Shown here: one piece after another, positions 56,849-64,000 of the stretch | Numbering within the stretch: position 1 is the first letter of the stretch | Layout: every line of letters starts with the position of its first letter | The notes under the pieces: model-generated | Seen by the model: only the letters and a program-made list of their open reading frames with translations | The model's database searches: none | What the model was told of the DNA's origin: nothing | From: Bacteroidota bacterium | GTDB lineage: Bacteria; Bacteroidota; Bacteroidia; Bacteroidales; JACABE01 | Assembly (NCBI GenBank): GCA_037133555.1 | Contig: JBAXNW010000012.1 | Span: forward strand, 4,906 to 68,905 | Direction of reading: 5' to 3' | DNA length: 64,000 bases | Made by a program: the position numbers and the translations under genes

Positions 56849-58324
56849 TTAATCCTTGGTTTCATTAATTTTACTGTGAAACCTACTATAAGCAAAATAA
56901 ATGACGAGTCCGATGGCCATCCAGATAAATAAACGAATCCAGTTGGCCCAACCTAAGCCGAAGATCATGGCTCCACAAACTAAAATGCCAAGTATAGGGA
57001 CAAAAGGCACCCAAGGCGTTTTGAACCCCCGTTTCAGTTCAGGGTTTTTTACTCTCATAATCCAAACACCTGCAGAAACCAGCATAAATGCAAACAATGT
57101 TCCGATACTGGTCATGTCACCTACAATATCCTGAGGTACAAAACAGGCAAAAAGTCCTACGAAAGCAAAAAACAATAAGTTGGATTTGTAAGGTGTTCTG
57201 AATTTTTGATGAAGATCGGAGAATATTTTTGGAACCAATCCATCTTTACTCATCGAATAAAAAACACGGCTTTGTCCATAAAGCATAACCAGAATGACGG
57301 ATGAAAAACCTGCTAAGATGGCTATGGTAACCAGCTTCGCCAGCCAGCCAAAACCTGTCATATAGGTTTGTATGGCAAAAGTAACAGAGGCTTCTTTCCC
57401 AGCAGTTCTGAAATCATCTAAGGTAGCAACACCCGTTAATACATAAGAAAATAAAATATATAAAACAGTACAAATTGCCAGTGAGCCTAATATTCCGATA
57501 GGCAATGCTTTCTTAGGATTTTTGGTTTCCTGAGCAGCCGTAGAAACTGCATCGAATCCAATAAAGGCAAAGAAAACAACGCCTGCTGCACCCAATATTC
57601 CTAATATTCCACCGAAATTATGGGATACACCCTGAGCATCTACAAATTTAGTTGCTTCAGGAATAAAAGGGGTATGGTTGGCAGGATTGATAAACGACCA
57701 ACCGAAAACGATAAATAAAATTACTATACTAACTTTGGTAACAACAATGATGGCATTCACCAACGCAGATTCGCGTGCACCACGTATCAATAAAATGGTT
57801 AGTAAAAAAACAATAAAAAGTGCCGGAATATTCATGATGCCATGCGTTCCTAAAGTGCTTGCCTCAAAAGGCGAATGACACCATTCGTAAGGTATGTGGG
57901 CATTAAAATAGCCCAATAATTTATTTAAATATTCACTCCAGGCAATACTTACTGTTGCTGCACCCAAGGCATATTCCAGTACCAAATCCCATCCGATAAT
58001 CCAGGCAACCAATTCGCCCATGGTAGCATAAGAATAAGTATAGGCACTTCCCGAAACAGGTATCATGGATGCAAATTCTGCATAACAAAGGCCTGCCAAT
58101 GCACAACCAATTCCAGCAACTATAAATCCTATGGTTACCGAAGGACCGGCATTATTGGCTGCTGCTGCTGCTGTTCTCACAAACAAGCCTGCACCAATAA
58201 TGGCTCCAACACCCAATGCAATTAAACTGATAGCTGTTAGTGAGCGTTTTAAGCCTTTCCCATCATCAGCTGATTCTTCCATAAGTTTTGTAATGGACTT
58301 TTTAGTAAATAATTGATTTCCCAT
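56849..58324 (-). CDS. APC-superfamily amino acid permease
   Basis: 491 aa with about 12 TM segments and the N-terminal L.R.L....LIALGVGAIIGAGLFV pattern. Confidence 0.85.
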   Translation of the reverse strand: MGNQLFTKKSITKLMEESADDGKGLKRSLTAISLIALGVGAIIGAGLFVRTAAAAANNAGPSVTIGFIVAGIGCALAGLCYAEFASMIPVSGSAYTYSYATMGELVAWIIGWDLVLEYALGAATVSIAWSEYLNKLLGYFNAHIPYEWCHSPFEASTLGTHGIMNIPALFIVFLLTILLIRGARESALVNAIIVVTKVSIVILFIVFGWSFINPANHTPFIPEATKFVDAQGVSHNFGGILGILGAAGVVFFAFIGFDAVSTAAQETKNPKKALPIGILGSLAICTVLYILFSYVLTGVATLDDFRTAGKEASVTFAIQTYMTGFGWLAKLVTIAILAGFSSVILVMLYGQSRVFYSMSKDGLVPKIFSDLHQKFRTPYKSNLLFFAFVGLFACFVPQDIVGDMTSIGTLFAFMLVSAGVWIMRVKNPELKRGFKTPWVPFVPILGILVCGAMIFGLGWANWIRLFIWMAIGLVIYFAYSRFHSKINETKD

Positions 58325-58390
58325 ATTTTTATCAGTTTTAATGAATTATTCTCAGCAAATATACAAATATTTAAATATTAGTAATTCAGT

Positions 58391-58960
58391 TTATATTTTT
58401 CCCAATCGCTTTAATTCCCAAAAACATTTAGCTGTAGCTCTGATGTCGGCAGCAGCATTGTGGGCTTCATCAAATGATGTTCTGAAAAGTTTGAAATGCA
58501 GTTCGGCTAATTTGGGCCATTTGTAACCATAGGGGCCATCGATTGCACAAAAATTAGTAGTGCTTTGCATTGTACAGATTTTCTTTTTAGAGGCTATACT
58601 ATCTGGCATATTGCTTCTTAAAAATTCCGCACCCATAATTTTTTCGTCAAAACTCATATTGTGTGCTACCAAAAAACTGGATTCGTCGATTAAAGATTGA
58701 AAATCAAGTAAAACGCTGAACAAGGATTTCCCTTCTTCCAAAGCTCTTTCGGTAGTAATTCCATGAATTCTGGAAGCATCTGCCGGGATTATAAAGCCTT
58801 GGGGTTTGATAATATGGTCAGCTTCTGAAATTAATTTTCCCTCAATATCAAAAAGCAGATAAGCCAGCTGAACCAGTCGTGGCCAGTTATTTAGGTCAGT
58901 TACAGGGGCTTTCCAGCTTCTGGGTAAACCTGTAGTTTCAGTGTCGAAAAATAGATACAT
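58391..58960 (-). CDS. DEDDh 3'-5' exonuclease (DnaQ/epsilon-like domain protein)
   Basis: 189 aa with Exo I FFDTETTGLP, Exo II VAHNMSFDEKIM and Exo III HNAAADIRAT. Confidence 0.75.
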   Translation of the reverse strand: MYLFFDTETTGLPRSWKAPVTDLNNWPRLVQLAYLLFDIEGKLISEADHIIKPQGFIIPADASRIHGITTERALEEGKSLFSVLLDFQSLIDESSFLVAHNMSFDEKIMGAEFLRSNMPDSIASKKKICTMQSTTNFCAIDGPYGYKWPKLAELHFKLFRTSFDEAHNAAADIRATAKCFWELKRLGKI

Positions 58961-59452
58961 TTTTATAAGATATAGATTGTTTATAGAATCTGATTTGTGC
59001 TATTTTCAATTAAATCAGTACTCAGCTATGAAAGTTTAAGGCTATAAAAGTATGAAATTTGAATTTTCAATAGCAAATGTACAAACATTTCTGAAGTGAC
59101 AGTAAGAAAACGTATTTATTTATTGAAGGAGTTGTTTTGTTGTGTCATTATTTTGTTATACAATTAAAAAAAAATAAAAACATGGAGACACAGAGAAGAC
59201 AGAGGTAAAAGAAGGTTTTTTCAGTGCATCTCTATGATCTATTGTCTCTATGTTAAAAACAACTTTTATTCTCATCTAATGATTGATTATCCACAATCTC
59301 AGTAAACTGAACCATTCAATTTAAAATAATTCAGGCATTTATAAGTATAAATTCGTAAGCAGCAGCAACTAAAATTTAAAATATTTGTTATTCATATATA
59401 GATTATTAACTGCGAATTCATCAAAAAACAATTCTATTTAAATTAAAATGTT

Positions 59453-59460
59453 TAATTTTG
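59453..59460 (+). promoter_or_regulatory. candidate -7 box (TAATTTTG) 7 nt from the panD ATG
   Basis: Exact TAnnTTTG. The layout is TAATTTTG-ccgcatc-ATG. Confidence 0.45.
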
Positions 59461-59467
59461 CCGCATC

Positions 59468-59809
59468 ATGCAAATAGAAGTTTTAAAATCAAAAATACAC
59501 AGGGCCATCATTATCGAAGCCAATATCAATTATATTGGTAGTATCACGATTGATGAAGATTTGATGGATGCCGTCAATTTAATTGAGAACGAAAGAGTTC
59601 ATATTTATAATATTAACAATGGCGAACGCTTTGATACATACGTAATCAAAGGTGAACGAAGTTCTGGTGTAATTGGAATCAATGGAGCTGCTGCCCGTAA
59701 AGTTGCGGTTGGAGATTTAGTAATTATTGTTTCATATGCCAGCATGGATTTCGAAGAAGCTAAGCAATTTACGCCTAGCATTATCTTTCCTCAAAATAAC
59801 AAAGTTTAA
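59468..59809 (+). CDS. panD: aspartate 1-decarboxylase (pyruvoyl-dependent)
   Basis: 113 aa. [35 protein letters not shown] contains the G-S self-cleavage site context. Confidence 0.9.
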   Translation: MQIEVLKSKIHRAIIIEANINYIGSITIDEDLMDAVNLIENERVHIYNINNGERFDTYVIKGERSSGVIGINGAAARKVAVGDLVIIVSYASMDFEEAKQFTPSIIFPQNNKV

Positions 59810-60831
59810 TGTTGCAAAAGAAAGTACTCCTCTTGCTTAAATTTGCCTTTTTTATTGGATTGGGATTTTTCTTTATTTGGTGGTTTCAACGTAAACTTAC
59901 TCCAATAGAAAAGCATGAAATCAGTAATTCTTTTCATTCAGCAAATTACTTTTGGGTAGTTATAGCAATTATTCCTGGTATTTTGAGCCATTTAAGCCGT
60001 TCGATGAGATGGCAGATGTTGTTGAAACCCATGGGCTACCATCCAAAACTTAAAACTACTTTTGCTGCTGTGATGGTTGGTTATTTTGCCAATCTTGCTT
60101 TTCCTCGCCTTGGCGAAGTTATGCGTTGTGGGATACTTCATAAATATGAGAAAATTCCTGTAAGTAAATCTTTCGGCACAGTAATTACTGAAAGAACTGT
60201 TGATATGCTGATATTTATTATCTTGTTTGTACTTACATTATGGCTTGAATTTCACAATTTAAAAGATTATGTTTACAACAGTTTCTGGATAAGATTTGCT
60301 GATAAATTCAATAATTTTAGTATTACCAATAGCTTTTTAATTTTTACTTTAGCTTTCTTCGCCCTCATCATCATACTGTTCTTCGTTTTTAAAAAAAGAA
60401 TTACAGCTTCAAATGTTTTTATCAAAATTATGGTTGTAATAATGGGATTTGTAGAAGGTATCAAATCACTTTCTAAAGTTGATAAACCTTTGGTTTTTAT
60501 TTTCCATTCGCTATTTATCTGGTTGAATTATTTTGTGATGACCTGGTTAATGTTTTTCTGTTTTGACCAAACTTCTTCCTTGGGTTTAAATGTAGTGCTA
60601 TCTGCTCTGGTTATGGGTTCTATCGGCATCATGATAGTTCCAGGTGGAATTGGGATTTATCCTGTAATCATTTCACAGACTTTGATGATATTTGACCCAC
60701 TCTTGAAAACAGTTGGTTATGCAATGGGGTGGATTTCCTGGTCGTCACAAACAATATTAATCATCTCACTAGGACTTATTGCTTTGGTAGTTTTGCCATT
60801 ATTAAAAAAGAAAAAAGATGGAGCAATTTGA
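59809..60831 (+). CDS. UPF0104 / lysylphosphatidylglycerol-synthase-TM-region-like ('flippase-like') membrane protein
   Basis: 340 aa and polytopic with ...LSRSMRWQMLLKP.GY... . It has a TAATG overlap with panD. Confidence 0.6.
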   Translation: MLQKKVLLLLKFAFFIGLGFFFIWWFQRKLTPIEKHEISNSFHSANYFWVVIAIIPGILSHLSRSMRWQMLLKPMGYHPKLKTTFAAVMVGYFANLAFPRLGEVMRCGILHKYEKIPVSKSFGTVITERTVDMLIFIILFVLTLWLEFHNLKDYVYNSFWIRFADKFNNFSITNSFLIFTLAFFALIIILFFVFKKRITASNVFIKIMVVIMGFVEGIKSLSKVDKPLVFIFHSLFIWLNYFVMTWLMFFCFDQTSSLGLNVVLSALVMGSIGIMIVPGGIGIYPVIISQTLMIFDPLLKTVGYAMGWISWSSQTILIISLGLIALVVLPLLKKKKDGAI

Positions 60832-61324
60832 AATTATTCGTTCAAAAATACTTTCAGGCAATGACTTGTCTCAAAAATTAGCCTACTGGCGTTTTAAAGC
60901 AATGAAAATTGTTTTTACCAACGGATGTTTTGACATTCTACATGCCGGACATATCGAATACCTTGCCAAAGCTGCTGCTGAAGGTGATGTGCTGATAATT
61001 GGACTTAATACAGATGCTTCTGTCCGCAAACTAAAAGGAAAACACCGCCCAATTAATAACGAAAATGCAAGAGCTTTGATCATGGCAGCTCTGAATTTTG
61101 TAAGTGCTGTGGTTCTTTTTGAAGAAGAAACGCCTTATGAATTAATAAAATTAGTACAACCCGATGTTTTAATTAAGGGCAGTGATTATAAACCCGAAGA
61201 TATCGCAGGTTATGATATTTTAATAGCAAAAGGTGGTGAAGTTAAAACCATTGACCTTGTTCCCGGTTATTCAACCACAGCCATCGAACAGAAAATTTTT
61301 ATGAGTTTATCTCAGCAAAAATAA
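60818..61324 (+). CDS. cytidylyltransferase-fold protein, RfaE domain-II-like (D-glycero-beta-D-manno-heptose 1-phosphate adenylyltransferase-like)
   Basis: 168 aa with VFTNGCFDILHAGHIEYL (HxGH) and ...IGLN.D.SV..LKG..RP. It overlaps the previous gene by 14 nt. Confidence 0.75.
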   Translation: MEQFEIIRSKILSGNDLSQKLAYWRFKAMKIVFTNGCFDILHAGHIEYLAKAAAEGDVLIIGLNTDASVRKLKGKHRPINNENARALIMAALNFVSAVVLFEEETPYELIKLVQPDVLIKGSDYKPEDIAGYDILIAKGGEVKTIDLVPGYSTTAIEQKIFMSLSQQK

Positions 61325-61424
61325 ATTTGCTGAATAAGCACCTTTCCTACTTGTTTATCCCGATTTTCTTTTTACTTTTGAAAAAAATTAATTTGTTATT
61401 TTATTAACTTATTTTAAAAGTATC

Positions 61425-63017
61425 ATGAAAAAAAGAAATTTTTACATGCTTATAATTTTGGTAATTTCTACCCATGCGTTTTCGCAAAACAAATCAAAAA
61501 ACGTTGACATCATTTTTGGTGAAGAAATCAAAGAAGCCCGAAGTAGTAACCTTGAAAGTATTTTAGGATACGATGAAACAGGTATTTACGTTTTAAAAAC
61601 AGAAGGCGGAGGCGCTTTTAGCTCAGGCCAGGATTGTTTTATTGAACATTTTGATAATAAAATGAACCAGACAAAGTCGGAAGAATTAATTATAACCGAT
61701 AAAAATGGAGAAGAAAGAGATTATGAATTTATTGTTCACATGAACAATACGTTGTACGTATTTTCTTCAATTGAAAATAAAAAAACAGACAAGGTAAACT
61801 TATATGCACAAACCATCAATAAAAAAACCTTGCGTCCCAATAACGATTCCCGAAAAATTGCCGAAATAAATTATGCTGATAAAGGAAGTGGCTCTTTTGG
61901 CGATTTTCAATTTAATATCTCAAAAGATCAGACTAAACTGATGATACATTATCTTTTACCAGCCAAGAAAAAAGAAAAAGAAAAAATTGCGTTAATCGTT
62001 TTGGATAAAGAATTGGGATTGCTTTGGGAAAAAAAATGCACACTCCCTTATCTCGAAGAATTATTTGATGACGAAAGATACAGAATTGACAATGATGGGA
62101 ATGCTTATATTTTAGGCGTAGTTTATAAAGAAAAAGCATTGGCGAAAAGAAAAGGCAAACCCAATTACAAATACCAATTGATTTCTTATAAAGATAAAGG
62201 TGAAACCTATTCAGAATATCCGATAGAACTGGCAGGAAAATTTATTACTGATATGCAAATAGCCATTAATGATAAGAACGACATTATTTGTGCAGGTTTT
62301 TATTCCAATATTGGGACTTTTAGTATCAATGGGAGCTATTTTTTGAATATTAATGGTAGCAATGGCGAAATTGTCAACAAGAGTTTCAAGGCTTTTGATT
62401 TAGAGTTTATTACTCAGAATATGACAGAAAGGGAAGCCAATAAAGTTAAAAAGAAAGAAGAAAAAGGCAAAGATGTTGAATTGTCAGAATATGATTTAGA
62501 CGATATTATTTTACGTGATGATGGTGGTGCAATATTGGTAGGGGAACAGTTTTATATCGTAGCTCATACCTATTCCTCATCAAACGGGGCTAGCTATACA
62601 ACGTATCATTATAATTACAATGATATTATTGTCATCAATATTAGTCCCGAAGGACAGATAGAATGGGCAAAGAAAATCCCCAAAGAACAGGAATCTATTG
62701 ATGATGGAGGTACTTATTCTTCCTATGCAATGTCTGTTTTTGGCGATAAAATGTTTTTTATTTTCAACGATAATCCTAAGAATTTAACAAATACAGGTGA
62801 TGGAAAATTAAAAAATTACAATCCTAACAGAGAATCAATTGTAGCATTGGTAGCTATGGATAGTGATGGAAAGTATAAAAAAGAAGCCTTGTATAAGATG
62901 AAACGTTCAGATGTTTTGATTCGCCCTAAATTAAGTAAACAGATTTCGGAAGATGAAATGATCATTTTTGGTAAAAAAGGCAAAATGCAGCAATTCACAA
63001 AGTTGATTTATAAATAG
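61425..63017 (+). CDS. hypothetical secreted protein
   Basis: 530 aa with the signal peptide MKKRNFYMLIILVISTHAFSQ and Lys/Glu-rich linkers (KKKEKEK, KKKEEKGK). I recognised no family. Confidence 0.5.
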   Translation: MKKRNFYMLIILVISTHAFSQNKSKNVDIIFGEEIKEARSSNLESILGYDETGIYVLKTEGGGAFSSGQDCFIEHFDNKMNQTKSEELIITDKNGEERDYEFIVHMNNTLYVFSSIENKKTDKVNLYAQTINKKTLRPNNDSRKIAEINYADKGSGSFGDFQFNISKDQTKLMIHYLLPAKKKEKEKIALIVLDKELGLLWEKKCTLPYLEELFDDERYRIDNDGNAYILGVVYKEKALAKRKGKPNYKYQLISYKDKGETYSEYPIELAGKFITDMQIAINDKNDIICAGFYSNIGTFSINGSYFLNINGSNGEIVNKSFKAFDLEFITQNMTEREANKVKKKEEKGKDVELSEYDLDDIILRDDGGAILVGEQFYIVAHTYSSSNGASYTTYHYNYNDIIVINISPEGQIEWAKKIPKEQESIDDGGTYSSYAMSVFGDKMFFIFNDNPKNLTNTGDGKLKNYNPNRESIVALVAMDSDGKYKKEALYKMKRSDVLIRPKLSKQISEDEMIIFGKKGKMQQFTKLIYK

Positions 63018-63090
63018 TCATTTGCAAAGTGTCAATGGAAATGCAAAAAAACTATTCAGTTAAAAATTCATTGCATTTCAAATTTATTAC

Positions 63091-63098
63091 TACATTTG
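63091..63098 (+). promoter_or_regulatory. candidate -7 box (TACATTTG) with TTG 17 nt upstream
   Basis: Exact TAnnTTTG 33 nt upstream of ATG 63132. It overlaps the track's TTG start (63096), which favours 63132 as the true start. Confidence 0.45.
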
Positions 63099-63131
63099 CG
63101 ACGTAAATTATATAAAAATTCTAGAGCTAAG

Positions 63132-63473
63132 ATGGAAGAGTTTGAAAATAAAGAAAGAGAAGAAATATTCTCAAAAGCAGTAAGAGCAGGTAAAAGAACT
63201 TATTTTTTTGATGTTAAAGAAACTCGTTCGGGCGAACAATATCTTACAATTACCGAGAGTAAAAAACGTTTTGATAATGAGCAGAGTAAGTTTTATTTTG
63301 AAAAACATAAAATTTTTCTTTACAAAGAAGATTTTGAAAAATTTACAAAAGGATTGAATGGTATTACCCATTTTATTGAAACAGGCGAAAAACCTATTGA
63401 GGAACCCGAAGAAACCTACAAATCCGAATTCTCTGATATTGATTTCGATAGTTTAGATATAAGCAAAGATTAA
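63132..63473 (+). CDS. PUR-alpha-like nucleic-acid-binding protein (DUF3276)
   Basis: EEIFSKAVRAGKRTYFFDVKETRSGEQYLTITESKKRF ... FEKHKIFLYKEDFEKFTKGL is the two-PUR-repeat pattern of bacterial DUF3276 proteins. Confidence 0.7.
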   Translation: MEEFENKEREEIFSKAVRAGKRTYFFDVKETRSGEQYLTITESKKRFDNEQSKFYFEKHKIFLYKEDFEKFTKGLNGITHFIETGEKPIEEPEETYKSEFSDIDFDSLDISKD

Positions 63474-63495
63474 TTTAATTTAACTGATTAATAAT

Positions 63496-63525
63496 AAAGC
63501 TGTTCGTTCGGACAGCTTTTTTGTT
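63496..63525 (+). terminator. rho-independent terminator
   Basis: The stem aaagctgt (63496-63503) / acagcttt (63512-63519) is followed by tttgtt. Confidence 0.6.
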
Positions 63526-63761
63526 ATCAAGTTTTTCTGTTAAATTTAATTATTAAGCTTACTTTTGTATGCTTAATTTTATAACAGCACTCTTGGGGAG
63601 TTTATTAATAAACTCAGTTTAAAAAGTGCTCGGCATAAGCGATTCAACACATTCTTAAATTATTTAACCTGTTGAAGAAAAGCTTATTTTTTGAAAACAT
63701 ATAGTGTTAGATTTATTAAACACTTGCAAAATATTCATATATATCATTATCATACTTAAAA

Positions 63762-64000
63762 ATGGGAAAAGTAATTGCTATTGCAAACCAAAAAGGAGGA
63801 GTCGGCAAAACTACATCAGCTATAAATCTTAGTGCCAGCCTAGCAGTACTTGAGAAAAAAACCTTGTTGATAGATGCAGATCCTCAAGCAAATGCGACTT
63901 CGGGTGTTGGCTTTGATCCCCAGACTATCAAAACCAGCATTTATGAATGTATTATTGATGATATTGATCCTCACAGTATAATTCTTAAAACTTCTACCCC
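63762..64000 (+). CDS. parA: ParA/Soj-family chromosome partitioning ATPase, N-terminal part (runs off the window)
   Basis: My translation: [50 protein letters not shown]... It has the deviant Walker A KGGVGKT. Confidence 0.9.
   Translation, partial: MGKVIAIANQKGGVGKTTSAINLSASLAVLEKKTLLIDADPQANATSGVGFDPQTIKTSIYECIIDDIDPHSIILKTST

Noticed and set aside
59170-59300. An imperfect palindrome (aacatggagacacagag...ctctatgatctattgtctctatgtt) upstream of panD, considered as a riboswitch or attenuator.
   Set aside because: Only about 12 bp pair, with one wobble, across a ~50-nt loop. The gagacacagag-type string resembles a common low-information repeat in this phylum, and I see no recognisable riboswitch core.
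63035-63080. A 9-bp inverted repeat (gaaatgcaa...ttgcatttc) between the 530-aa ORF and the PUR-like gene, considered as a terminator or operator.
   Set aside because: The loop is long (~27 nt), there is no T-tract, and it overlaps the putative -33 region. This is too weak to call.

Overview
This is a visibly AT-rich chromosomal segment with clear Bacteroidota hallmarks. It carries a type IX secretion core (porV-porU, divergent from porP/sprF-gldJ), several proteins with T9SS C-terminal sorting domains, TAnnTTTG-type -7 promoter boxes and A-rich start-codon contexts. About two thirds is ordinary housekeeping: fabI, recN, coaBC, rpoZ-like, bamD, pabA/trpG, pgk, manC, hisS, ispF, murF, anmK, panC, panD, an Mla-like ABC pair, a Ser-Pro-Arg tRNA cluster and parA. 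The most unusual content is a tightly coupled three-gene operon at 20971-23641. It encodes an 84-aa PqqD/RRE-like protein, an ATP-grasp ligase and a fold-type-III (Orn/DAP/Arg-type) PLP decarboxylase, and I could find no precursor-peptide ORF nearby. An out-of-context YgeY-like M20 hydrolase follows it. Other notable items: (1) an operon of two Ser-type sulfatases (SxPxR and SxAxR) translationally coupled to an anaerobic sulfatase-maturating radical-SAM enzyme; (2) a tandem 158-bp-period repeat with GTTATTAAG-like iterons at 5.7-6.1 kb; (3) two adjacent non-coding elements bounded by inverted repeats at 12.77-13.50 kb; (4) a decayed CBM48/E-set gene at 34.25-34.56 kb; (5) several probable leaderless or divergent promoter arrangements. 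No CRISPR array, transposase, integrase or rRNA was seen. All family calls come from reading the translated ORFs by eye, with no database search, so product names are recognitions rather than measured hits.
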